From assembly GCF_018141405.1 (NCBI RefSeq), contig NZ_CP058648.1:2482502-2506501 (forward strand): DNA of 24,000 nucleotides, given 5' to 3'. The stretch is from Serpentinicella alkaliphila. GTDB lineage: Bacteria > Bacillota > Clostridia > Peptostreptococcales > Natronincolaceae. This document shows positions 15,551 through 24,000 of this stretch, one piece after another (position 1 is the first letter of the stretch; each line of letters starts with the position of its first letter). The notes below the pieces were generated by a model. That model was not told the DNA's origin, made no database searches, and was given only the letters and a program-made list of their open reading frames with translations. A program made the translations under genes and the position numbers.

Positions 15551-17602
15551 ATGTCTAAATTTTTACCGATAAGTAAGGATGATATGAGAGAGAGAGGCTG
15601 GGACCAACTGGATTTTGTTCTTGTTTCTGGTGATGCCTATGTTGATCACCCCTCATTTGGAGCAGCAGTCATAGGAAGAATACTTGAAAATAGAGGATAT
15701 AAAGTTGGTATTATAGCACAGCCACCATGGCAAAACAATGAAGGATTTAAGAGTTTAGGTAAACCTAGACTTGGATTTTTAATAACAGCTGGAAATATAG
15801 ATTCGATGGTGAACCATTACACAGTATCGAAAAAGACAAGAAACGATGACTTATATTCACCAGGTGGAAAGTCTGGGTATAGACCTGACAGAGCATCACT
15901 AGTTTATTCCCATAGAGTTAAGGAAGCATATAGCGATGTACCAATAATCCTTGGTGGAATAGAAGCTAGCCTAAGACGTTTTGCCCATTATGATTATTGG
16001 ACAAACAAAGTCAGAAGGTCATTACTATTAGACGCTAAGGCAGACTTAATAGTTTATGGAATGGGAGAGCGTCAAATAATAGAAATAGCTGAAGCTCTAG
16101 AAAGTGGACTACCCGTTAATGAAATAACTTTTGTAAAGGGTACTGTTTATAAAACGAAGGATAAGGATAGAGCTTATAAACCAATTATGCTTCCCCATTA
16201 TGATGAAATATTAGAATCTAAAAAGAAATATGCGGAGAGTTTTATGCTTCAATATAACAATATGGATGCAATTGTTGGAAAACCACTGATTGAGCCATAT
16301 AATAACTTTTTTGTTGTACAAAATCCACCCCACGAGCCTATGAGTCAGTCAGAGCTAGACAATGTATATTCTTTACCATATATGAGAACCTATCATCCTA
16401 TTTACGAGTCAATGGGAGGAATACCAGCAATAAAGGAAGTTAAATTTAGTCTTACAAGTAATAGGGGTTGTTTTGGTAGCTGTAACTTCTGTGCATTAAC
16501 ATTCCACCAAGGAAGAGTTGTTCAATCTAGGAGCCATAAATCAATTATATCGGAAGCAGAGAAAATGATATGGGATCCTGAGTTTAAAGGATATATTCAT
16601 GATGTAGGTGGGCCAACTGCAAATTTTAGGGATAGGGCATGTGATAAACAGGTAAAGCATGGGGTTTGTAAAGATAAGCTTTGTTTATTCCCAAATCCAT
16701 GTAGTAAATTAAAAATTGACCATAAGGATTATTTGAAACTTCTAAGAAATCTTAGAAAACTTCCAAATGTGAAAAAAGTTTTTATTAGGTCAGGTCTAAG
16801 ATATGACTACTTAATCCATGATAAAAATGATGAGTTTTTTAAAGAATTATGTAAGCACCATATAAGTGGACAGCTTAAGGTGGCACCGGAGCATATTTCT
16901 GAAGAAGTTCTTAATAAAATGGGGAAACCGAAAAGGGAAGTTTATGATAAGTTTGTAAAGAAATATAAAAAGATTAATGAAGATCTAGAAATGAATCAAT
17001 TCCTAGTTCCATATCTAATGTCTAGTCACCCAGGTTCAACACTTAAGGAAGCAATTGAGCTTGCTGAATACTTAAGGGACTTAGGTTATATGCCTGAGCA
17101 AGTACAGGATTTTTATCCAACGCCGGGTACTTTATCAACCTGTATGTACTATACGGAATTAGATCCTAGAACTATGGAAAAAGTATATGTACCTAAAACA
17201 CCACATGAGAAAGCAATGCAAAGAGCTCTAATTCAATATAGGAAGCCTCAAAACTACGATTTAGTTTACGAAGCACTTATTAAAGCAAATAGAAGGGATT
17301 TAATAGGCTTTGGAAAAGAATGTTTAATAAGACCTAGGAAACCTTCAGATTCTGATGACAATAACTATAGAGGAAAGGGTAAAACAACGAAGGATAGTTC
17401 ATCCTCAAAATCTAGAAATAAGAAAGATAATAACGTAAAAGATAGAAGTAATAACAAAAAAGACGATAGAAATAGAGATAAATCTAGAGATAACAAAAAT
17501 AAGAATAGTAGAAGCAGTGCTACGACAAAAGGTACAAACCAAAGAACAGATAATAAGAAGAGTAGTGTACCTAATAAATCAAATAAAGGTAAGCGAAGAT
17601 AA
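15551..17602 (+). CDS. ygiQ: YgiQ family radical SAM protein (UPF0313) with long basic C-terminal tail
   Basis: 683 aa. N-terminal YgiQ-type domain ([24 protein letters not shown]), the radical SAM triad CFGSCNFC in [19 protein letters not shown], and a K/R/S/N/D-rich tail from about 17330. Confidence 0.9.
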   Translation: MSKFLPISKDDMRERGWDQLDFVLVSGDAYVDHPSFGAAVIGRILENRGYKVGIIAQPPWQNNEGFKSLGKPRLGFLITAGNIDSMVNHYTVSKKTRNDDLYSPGGKSGYRPDRASLVYSHRVKEAYSDVPIILGGIEASLRRFAHYDYWTNKVRRSLLLDAKADLIVYGMGERQIIEIAEALESGLPVNEITFVKGTVYKTKDKDRAYKPIMLPHYDEILESKKKYAESFMLQYNNMDAIVGKPLIEPYNNFFVVQNPPHEPMSQSELDNVYSLPYMRTYHPIYESMGGIPAIKEVKFSLTSNRGCFGSCNFCALTFHQGRVVQSRSHKSIISEAEKMIWDPEFKGYIHDVGGPTANFRDRACDKQVKHGVCKDKLCLFPNPCSKLKIDHKDYLKLLRNLRKLPNVKKVFIRSGLRYDYLIHDKNDEFFKELCKHHISGQLKVAPEHISEEVLNKMGKPKREVYDKFVKKYKKINEDLEMNQFLVPYLMSSHPGSTLKEAIELAEYLRDLGYMPEQVQDFYPTPGTLSTCMYYTELDPRTMEKVYVPKTPHEKAMQRALIQYRKPQNYDLVYEALIKANRRDLIGFGKECLIRPRKPSDSDDNNYRGKGKTTKDSSSSKSRNKKDNNVKDRSNNKKDDRNRDKSRDNKNKNSRSSATTKGTNQRTDNKKSSVPNKSNKGKRR

Positions 17603-17627
17603 GATAATTTCAATTAAACATTATAAA

Positions 17628-17661
17628 AATAAGGAATCATATGTTGGTTCTTTATTTTTTT
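17628..17661 (+). terminator. Rho-independent terminator of ygiQ
   Basis: Stem AATAAGGAATC / GGTTCTTTATT (11 bp including two G-U pairs), 7-nt loop, T-run to 17661. Confidence 0.7.
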
Positions 17662-17809
17662 GATCAGTTATATTTAAAACTTATTTTAATATCTATTTAG
17701 TGAAGACCTTTAAGTGATTAAGAGAAATAGGAAAATATTAAGTTTTCATTTTAAGGCTCGAAAGTGTAATATAAGAGAGTATTTATTGTAATTTAAAGGA
17801 GGAAAAAGA

Positions 17810-19417
17810 TTGAAAAAACTTGGTATTATTGCATTTTCAATTTTATTTATTGTACTTTTAGTATTTACAGATTATATCCTAATGCCCGTATGGTTATTAA
17901 ACCATTCTTTTACGTTATTTGTACTATTAATATTTGCAGTTATTATATCAGTAGTTACAATTTCCTTATTAAGAAATAAAGTAGCATATTCAAGTTTAAT
18001 TCTAGTTGCATTAGTAATAGTTATAATGGTGGTTCAATTTTTTAGAAGTAGTAGTATATTTAAACATCAAGAGAAGCGTTATTTAATTGGAGATATTAAA
18101 GAGAAGGAATTCAATTTAGAAATTTCTCCAGTTGATTTATCAAAGCTACCAGAGGTTACACCAAGAATGGCCCTTAACTTAGGAGATAAACGTCTTGGGG
18201 AAGACTTGGCCTTAGGAAGCCAAGTAACTTTAAAGGAGTTTTGGGCAAATCATGTGGATGGTGAGCTTTATTACGTTGCACCGTTAGCACATTCTGGTTT
18301 TTTCAGATGGAGGGACAATAAAGAGGGCACACCCGGATATGTCATAATTAACGCAGCTAATCAGAGAGAGGTTAGATTAGTTAAGGAAGTTAATGGGGAG
18401 CCAATTAGAATAAAATATCAACCAAGTGCTTATTTTAGTGATGATCTTTATAGAAAAATATATAGGTCTGGATATAGAAATGTTGGATTAACTGACTTTT
18501 CTTTTGAATTAGATGATAATTTTAATCCTTACTGGGTTGTAACTTTATACAAAAACAAGGTAGGTACTTCTGGAGCAGACCCAATAGGTGTTCTAATTAT
18601 AGATCCACAAACTGGAGATATCGAGGAATATAGCTTAGAAAATATGCCTGCTTGGGTTGATCGTGCAATACCTCAATATATCGCGATAGATCAAATAAAT
18701 TATTGGGGAAGATTAGTAAATGGATGGTGGAACCCTTCTAAAAGAGGGATGCTACAAACTACTGAAGGAACAAATACTGTGTATAATGAAGGTAGAAGCT
18801 ATTTTTACACAGGCGTAACATCTGCTGGGGCTGATGAATCAACCATAGGTTTTATGCTCGTAGATACTAGAAGCAAAGAAACAGTCCTTTATAAGATTTC
18901 TGGTGCCACTGAAACCTCTGCTATGAGATCAGCTGAGGGGGCTGTACAGCAATTCGAGTATGATGCTACTTTCCCGATACTAATAAATTTAGAGGGTGAA
19001 CCAACTTATTATATGACACTTCTTGATAGACAGGGCTTAATAAAACAATATGCCTTTGTTAATGTTAGGGACTATAGTATTGTTGGTATAGGGGAAACTA
19101 AAAATCAAGCAAGTTCTAATTATGTAAGTAGACTAAGAGATAGGGGACAATGGACACCTATTGAAAATGTGTATGATGAAGTAAATTTAGAAGGTAGAGT
19201 AGTTAGAGTAGGGAGTTCTATTATAGACGGAAGCACTTACTATTATATTCTTCTTGATACTATGAGAGAAAAGATTTTTATAGCCCCACTAACTATGAGT
19301 AATCAATTACCTTTAACTAAAGAAGGGGATAGGGTGAATATAAGCTATTATGATAGTCCTTCTGGTAATATTAATTTATCAAGATTTAACAACTTAGAGA
19401 TAAGACCTAATAATTAA
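17810..19417 (+). CDS. Conserved-looking membrane-anchored protein of unknown function
   Basis: 535 aa, TTG start 7 nt after AAGGAGG. Three N-terminal TM helices are followed by a soluble domain of about 450 aa, presumably extracytoplasmic. I recognise no family motif. Confidence 0.65.
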   Translation: MKKLGIIAFSILFIVLLVFTDYILMPVWLLNHSFTLFVLLIFAVIISVVTISLLRNKVAYSSLILVALVIVIMVVQFFRSSSIFKHQEKRYLIGDIKEKEFNLEISPVDLSKLPEVTPRMALNLGDKRLGEDLALGSQVTLKEFWANHVDGELYYVAPLAHSGFFRWRDNKEGTPGYVIINAANQREVRLVKEVNGEPIRIKYQPSAYFSDDLYRKIYRSGYRNVGLTDFSFELDDNFNPYWVVTLYKNKVGTSGADPIGVLIIDPQTGDIEEYSLENMPAWVDRAIPQYIAIDQINYWGRLVNGWWNPSKRGMLQTTEGTNTVYNEGRSYFYTGVTSAGADESTIGFMLVDTRSKETVLYKISGATETSAMRSAEGAVQQFEYDATFPILINLEGEPTYYMTLLDRQGLIKQYAFVNVRDYSIVGIGETKNQASSNYVSRLRDRGQWTPIENVYDEVNLEGRVVRVGSSIIDGSTYYYILLDTMREKIFIAPLTMSNQLPLTKEGDRVNISYYDSPSGNINLSRFNNLEIRPNN

Positions 19418-19526
19418 ATTAAAATTAAGGCCACTCATTTTTGGGTGGCCTAGTTAATTTCCAACATAAGTGGAAATAATACTTTATAATAATTGATTAG
19501 TGGAGGTTAAATAGTTAGGTATAAAA

Positions 19527-19886
19527 TTGAAAGTTAAAATAATAATCTCTTCTGCAATAACACTTATAACAATGCTTTTGGTATTTGGATGTACAGCTGA
19601 AAATACAATTGTGAAAAAGGTAGATTCACCTAGTGGTGAGTACGTTGCTTATCCCTTTATAAGGGACGCCGGAGCAACCACTGACTTTAGTACCCAGGTT
19701 TCTATACTGAAGAAAAGTGAAAAATACAACAATAGAGCTGGAAATATATTTATAGGTAGTGGTTCTGAGTTTATTAATATATATTGGGAAAGTGATAATA
19801 ATCTAGTTATTGTACACGACAGAGATAAGAGAGATATATTTAAAAAAGTACAAAAAAACATAATATATCAATTAAATATGTGTTAA
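19527..19886 (+). CDS. Small lipoprotein, DUF5412-like
   Basis: 119 aa. Signal peptide with lipobox LVFGC. The core SPSGEYVAYPFIRDAGATTDFSTQVSIL...NIYWESDNNLVIV resembles DUF5412 proteins as I recall them (SP.G.Y....Y...GGAT......V...NIYW). The TTG start has only a weak RBS. Confidence 0.55.
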   Translation: MKVKIIISSAITLITMLLVFGCTAENTIVKKVDSPSGEYVAYPFIRDAGATTDFSTQVSILKKSEKYNNRAGNIFIGSGSEFINIYWESDNNLVIVHDRDKRDIFKKVQKNIIYQLNMC

Positions 19887-19943
19887 AAGAAGATTAAAAG
19901 GTCTCGAATAAAGCATATAAAACTATCTAGAGGTGATAAATTA

Positions 19944-20402
19944 ATGTTAGATAAAAAAGGTTATAAAGTAAAAGAAAATAAGAATTATACTTTTAATCCG
20001 TTTTTTTCAGATGATGCAAAATTAGAAATAAATGTGAATAGGGAAGGTGTTGCTTTTGTAGCTAATGCTGAAGGGTACTTAGCCCTTTCTAGATTTTTTA
20101 TGTACCTATCTGAAATCCATATGTCGATACGAAAAAAAACGATAGATTTAAATGTTAATACAGTACATGGTTATGGTGCATATCACTTCTCTGATTATGT
20201 AACACAATACGCAATATATAATAAAAATTATATCTTTAGCCCTGGTCCCATTGAAAACTTAGGCGATGAAGACACTATTCATGACCTTTTATTTTTTATT
20301 TCAGATAAAATAGGCCCTGAATTTTGGAAAGACACAAATGAAAGTAGTTCTACGACTGATTGGTATGAGAGATCTATTAGTAGTGCCTTTAATAAATTAT
20401 GA
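19944..20402 (+). CDS. Hypothetical protein
   Basis: 152-aa ORF with a GAGGTGA RBS 6 nt upstream. I recognise no motif, and any resemblance to small immunity-type proteins is only vague. Confidence 0.6.
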   Translation: MLDKKGYKVKENKNYTFNPFFSDDAKLEINVNREGVAFVANAEGYLALSRFFMYLSEIHMSIRKKTIDLNVNTVHGYGAYHFSDYVTQYAIYNKNYIFSPGPIENLGDEDTIHDLLFFISDKIGPEFWKDTNESSSTTDWYERSISSAFNKL

Positions 20403-20462
20403 TTGAAAGCAAATGTACTAATAAATCTAGTATTATTATGAAATGAAATCGAGGAGATAGTA

Positions 20463-20864
20463 ATGTCTGAAGTAAAAATAGAATTTAGTATTATAGGGGA
20501 TGACTTTTTTCCAGAAGAGATAACAAAATTGCTTGGTATTCAGCCTACTGAAGCATATTGTATCGATGATGAATTTTTGGGGGGAAGCGAAAAGAGTATT
20601 CCTATGAAACGAAAGGAAACCTGCTGGCGCATTGAAACAGATTATGCTGAAACAATTGACGTTGAATTTGAGCTGCGAAAAATATATAATCTTATAAAGG
20701 ATAAAGCAGATATTTTAAAAATGATTCAAAATAAGTTTTGTACAACCTGTAAATTTGTTATTGTCATATATTTTAGCGATAATCCAATACTGGGAATAGA
20801 TAGGGATATAATTAAATTTGCAGCAGAAATAGATGCAGAATTTCAGTTTGATACCTATATCTGA
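20463..20864 (+). CDS. DUF4279 domain protein
   Basis: 133 aa. N-terminal FSIIGDDFFPEEITKLLGIQPTEAY followed by CWRIET and C-terminal ...FQFDTYI is the typical DUF4279 pattern. GAGGAG RBS. Confidence 0.75.
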   Translation: MSEVKIEFSIIGDDFFPEEITKLLGIQPTEAYCIDDEFLGGSEKSIPMKRKETCWRIETDYAETIDVEFELRKIYNLIKDKADILKMIQNKFCTTCKFVIVIYFSDNPILGIDRDIIKFAAEIDAEFQFDTYI

Positions 20865-20871
20865 GATGTTT

Positions 20872-20908
20872 TAGACACTCACTATTAAAGTAGAGTGTCT
20901 ATGTTTTG
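20872..20908. terminator. Bidirectional terminator between convergent genes
   Basis: Perfect 9-bp stem TAGACACTC / GAGTGTCTA with a 12-nt loop, followed by TGTTTT. Confidence 0.7.
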
Positions 20909-20967
20909 GATGCGATAATTATTTAGAGGTTAAAAAACAAATAAATTATATAATTTTACATTTAAAG

Positions 20968-21717
20968 CTACAAGCTTATTATACCATCTGTTGTATACCT
21001 TTCTATTAGTACTTTATAGTTACCATTACCTATTCTATTTAATATCTTTTTTCCTTTCTCAATTTCACCATTTGAATAGTATAACATTGATGTTTGTAGC
21101 ATCATTGATTCATCTATTATTCCCTTAGGGTCGTCATTTTCAATATGGTCTAATAAAGTCTCTGCGTCAGGGATTGATTCGAAGAATTTTAGTATATAAT
21201 TATCTATGTCAGCTACTACAACCTCTTCAAATCCTTCACCTGTCTTAATGTTATATCTACTGTCCAATTGATTACTTAGTAAATTTATATTTTCATCAAT
21301 TTCACTTTCAAATTCGTTGATATTTGACGGAGTATAAGCTTCTAGTCTATACCAATAATCGAAATTCGAAGGAATACCATTTAAATAAAGAATAATTGTA
21401 CCGTATCTACTTTCAAAAACAGTTGCTTCCAGTTTGTTTTTAACTGTAATCCCTAAAGATTTATATAGTGATGGTATAGCAATACTTATATTATATGTTA
21501 ATGAAGAAGTAGTCCTATGGTTAAAACTTGAAAATTGGACATTACAAATTTCTATAAGCCCATCTCTTTCTTTATAGAATGTCTTATTATTTTTTCTAAA
21601 TCCTCTTTCCTTAAACTGAGGAGTAATTACATTTTTAAAAGTGTGATGCATTATCTCTTTGTAATTATATTTAGATATTAATTCTTTAAATTCAGCCTCA
21701 TTATAACCTGTATCCAT
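20968..21717 (-). CDS. DUF4304-like protein
   Basis: The segment FKERGFRKNNKTFYKERDGLIEICNVQFSSFN matches the DUF4304 pattern (GFKK.G..F.R......I.FQ.S). I placed the start at ATG 21717 (MDTGYNE..., GGAG 8 nt upstream) rather than the track start 21801. Confidence 0.6.
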   Translation of the reverse strand: MDTGYNEAEFKELISKYNYKEIMHHTFKNVITPQFKERGFRKNNKTFYKERDGLIEICNVQFSSFNHRTTSSLTYNISIAIPSLYKSLGITVKNKLEATVFESRYGTIILYLNGIPSNFDYWYRLEAYTPSNINEFESEIDENINLLSNQLDSRYNIKTGEGFEEVVVADIDNYILKFFESIPDAETLLDHIENDDPKGIIDESMMLQTSMLYYSNGEIEKGKKILNRIGNGNYKVLIERYTTDGIISL

Positions 21718-21850
21718 ATGTCTCACTCCGAAAGGTATATTATTATTTATGATTTGTATTAAATTATTTTTAATTCGAATTTTGACAATTTTTAGTAACA
21801 TTTAAATTACTAAAAAGATTTAGTTTTATTAATTAGATTGCATATCTTAA

Positions 21851-22450
21851 CTATACTTTTCTATATGGTTCTTCTCTTACCATATGACCATAAATAATCT
21901 TTAAAAACAAGACAGGTATAAACCATTCAAAACCAACAATAGGTAGTATAAAAAAACTATTAATCAAAAGAGCTATTAATACCATGAACATCGATAATGG
22001 GCGCTTTAAATATAAGGGAGAAATATAAACGATTAATACTGATATTATAAAGATTAAATACCATTGAAGTCCGTATTTCCAGTCAAAATTATTAAATATA
22101 ATACCAACTATAAATGGATGGATATGGATAGTAGCAAATAAAAGCTTATTTTTTAAAAACTTACCTAATTTACCCTCGGACTCCTTGGATGGTGAGTGAT
22201 AAAAACGTTTGCCGGAATTTAACGAGTTACTAATCATTCCTCCACCTAAGTCAAAAGCTAAAAATACTGCAATAATTAGTTGAAAGTAATTCCACTGCAT
22301 CCTATTGGATATATTCATAGCAATTAGTATTACTGGAATAAACAAACCCCCTAGATATCCTAAAAATTTTTCTTCATAATAGGCACATGTACCATTTGCA
22401 AAATCTCTCTTGCCTGTGTATTCCCAATTTATGCGCACTTTATCTACCAT
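21851..22450 (-). CDS. Integral membrane protein of unknown function (about 5 TM)
   Basis: 199 aa and hydrophobic. AAGGAGGGAG RBS. The start is 20 nt after the tetR stop, so it is probably an operon with tetR. Confidence 0.7.
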   Translation of the reverse strand: MVDKVRINWEYTGKRDFANGTCAYYEEKFLGYLGGLFIPVILIAMNISNRMQWNYFQLIIAVFLAFDLGGGMISNSLNSGKRFYHSPSKESEGKLGKFLKNKLLFATIHIHPFIVGIIFNNFDWKYGLQWYLIFIISVLIVYISPLYLKRPLSMFMVLIALLINSFFILPIVGFEWFIPVLFLKIIYGHMVREEPYRKV

Positions 22451-22470
22451 GAGATATCTCCCTCCTTAGG

Positions 22471-23103
22471 TTACTTAAAGAAAATATTACCATTAATAAT
22501 AAATTTTATTTGTTTCCTCAAAGTAGCTAACATTAAATCATAGGTTATTTCATCATCATAAACAAATTCATTCAAAGCATTAATTGAGCAGGCATATATA
22601 CACTCTATGGCTGTTTCAAAATCAATAGCTTCTTTATTAATCTCAGATTCAAGTAGGGTATTAAAAAGTACATTTAGATTATTCTTAATAACCATATCTG
22701 CACTAATAAGGTTTTGTCTTGCTATAGTCGATTCTGAATTAATGTCATAAATAATAGAAAAATATTCTCGTAATAGTTGTTTATCTATTTGTTTAATATT
22801 ATTTACATAATAATCAATAATAGAAATAATTACTTCAATAAACTGTTCTTCTGAGTTAATCTGAGTTTTATTAATTTTATATTCTGAAGCATCAAAGCTT
22901 TCAAAAAATGTAGCAATAAACAGCTCACTTTTTGATTTAAAGTAGTTAAACAGAGTACCTTCTCCGATATTAGCTAACTTTGCTATCTCAGATGCCCTGG
23001 CTTTCTTATATCCATTTTCCTCAAATATTGCCTTAGAAACATCTAAAATCTTTTTACGTGTAAACATTTTCTTCGTATCTCTTATTCCAGTAATATTAAT
23101 CAC
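22471..23103 (-). CDS. TetR/AcrR family transcriptional regulator
   Basis: N-terminal HTH RKKILDVSKAIFEENGYKKARASEIAKLANIGEGTLFNYFKSKSELF. The start is uncertain. GTG 23103 is itself part of AAGAGGTG, and ATG 23067 (MFTRKK) has a poor RBS. Confidence 0.85.
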   Translation of the reverse strand: MINITGIRDTKKMFTRKKILDVSKAIFEENGYKKARASEIAKLANIGEGTLFNYFKSKSELFIATFFESFDASEYKINKTQINSEEQFIEVIISIIDYYVNNIKQIDKQLLREYFSIIYDINSESTIARQNLISADMVIKNNLNVLFNTLLESEINKEAIDFETAIECIYACSINALNEFVYDDEITYDLMLATLRKQIKFIINGNIFFK

Positions 23104-23116
23104 CTCTTAGTAAATA

Positions 23117-23150
23117 TTATGAGCATACTCATAAATGAGTACACTCATAA
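23117..23150. promoter_or_regulatory. Two abutting palindromic operators (candidate TetR sites)
   Basis: Site 1 is TTATGAG-CATA-CTCATAA (23117-23134, perfect 7-bp arms). Site 2 is AAATGAGT-AC-ACTCATAA (23133-23150, core ATGAGT/ACTCAT perfect). Confidence 0.65.
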
Positions 23151-23179
23151 TTATACGATCATAGATTAGAATCTGTCAA
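23150..23179 (-). promoter_or_regulatory. Consensus sigma-A promoter of the tetR operon
   Basis: On the minus strand: TTGACA (23179-23174), 18-nt spacer, TATAAT (23155-23150). The operators start directly at and after the -10 box. Confidence 0.7.
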
Positions 23180-23286
23180 CAACTATGGTTAGTTGGCTTA
23201 TTACGTTGTATTATTATGTATATATATAGTATAAAAAAAAGATATTTGTTATAATAATTTTATTAGTTTGGTTAGGGGGATCTCTG

Positions 23287-24000
23287 TTGAAAAAGTATAC
23301 ACCTATGATGGAGCAATATTTATCAATTAAAGATAATTATAAAGATTCTTTAGTATTTTTTAGACTTGGTGATTTTTATGAGCTATTTTTTGAAGATGCT
23401 ATCATAGCATCAAGAGAGTTAGAAATAGTTCTAACAGGAAGAGAATGTGGTCAAGAAGAGCGGGCACCAATGTGTGGAGTGCCTCATCATTCCGTTGATA
23501 CATATATAGATAGATTAGTGACAAAAGGCTATAAAGTTGCAATTTGTGAGCAAGTAGAAGATGCTTCAGTTGCTGTAGGAATAGTAAAGAGAGATGTTGT
23601 TAGAGTAATAACTCCAGGTACATTAATAGATACTCAGCTACTAGAGGATAAGAAGAACAATTATCTAGCTTCGGTTATATATTTAAATAATGGCTGGGGA
23701 CTATCATATACAGATATATCTACAGGGGAGTTATTTGCTACTGAAATAGTAGGCGAGTCTAAAGAGTCAAGGCTAATGAATGAGTTAGCCAAAATACAAC
23801 CTAGGGAATTAATATATTATGTAGAAGATAGTTTCAAAGAGCAGCTGCTTATAAAACTACAAAAAAGCTTTAACTACTATTTAAACCCATTTCATATAAA
23901 AACTATTAATATTAATGATTTAATTGGTTTGGTTGAGAGTTTAAATATAACTAATATAAGTAATAGTGTTTTAGAACATAATATAGGCTTAAAAGCGACA
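23287..24000 (+). CDS. mutS: DNA mismatch repair protein MutS (5' partial, runs off window)
   Basis: TTG start after AGGGGGA. Sequence: KKYTPMMEQYLSIKDNYKDSLVFFRLGDFYELFFEDAIIASRELEIVLTGR...APMCGVPHHSVDTYIDRLVTKGYKVAICEQVED. The frame is open to position 24000. It is absent from the ORF track because it has no stop. Confidence 0.95.
   Translation, partial: MKKYTPMMEQYLSIKDNYKDSLVFFRLGDFYELFFEDAIIASRELEIVLTGRECGQEERAPMCGVPHHSVDTYIDRLVTKGYKVAICEQVEDASVAVGIVKRDVVRVITPGTLIDTQLLEDKKNNYLASVIYLNNGWGLSYTDISTGELFATEIVGESKESRLMNELAKIQPRELIYYVEDSFKEQLLIKLQKSFNYYLNPFHIKTININDLIGLVESLNITNISNSVLEHNIGLKAT

Noticed and set aside
21718-21801. 28-codon N-terminal extension of the DUF4304-like gene (MLLKIVKIRIKNNL...).
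   Set aside because: There is no RBS before 21801 and the composition is AT-rich and low-complexity. The internal ATG 21717 has GGAG at proper spacing.
23226-23255. mutS promoter (extended -10 TGTTATAAT at 23247-23255).
   Set aside because: The -10 is plausible, but there is no credible -35. I did not list it as a feature because confidence is too low.

Overview
Visibly AT-rich, Gram-positive (Clostridia-like) chromosomal window: strong AGGAGG-type RBSs, some TTG/GTG starts, a CIRCE operator, genes mostly on the + strand. Core genes are a DJ-1/PfpI protein, a lemA-DUF2207 pair, 6-phosphofructokinase, htpG behind a perfect CIRCE, an HD phosphohydrolase, a 7TM-PAS-GGDEF-EAL c-di-GMP protein, a YgiQ radical SAM protein and the 5' end of mutS. 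The stand-out region is 4.7-8.2 kb, a same-strand run of five genes. In order: a ligand-degenerate, Cys-rich RIC/ScdA-like gene, an orphan arsD, a Cys-decorated marR, hgcA and hgcB. The hgcAB pair is the mercury-methylation system (NVWCAAGK cap-helix motif plus a 5-TM tail; a 2x[4Fe-4S] ferredoxin ending in CC). Its thiol-rich metal(loid) context and its MarR-type rather than ArsR-type regulator are unusual. Also present: a heavily decayed large-subunit catalase (katE-type) pseudogene at 13.55-15.28 kb, a small accessory cluster of DUF-type genes at 19.5-21.7 kb, and a tetR-membrane protein operon with a consensus promoter and tandem palindromic operators. I saw no rRNA, tRNA, CRISPR, transposase or integrase.
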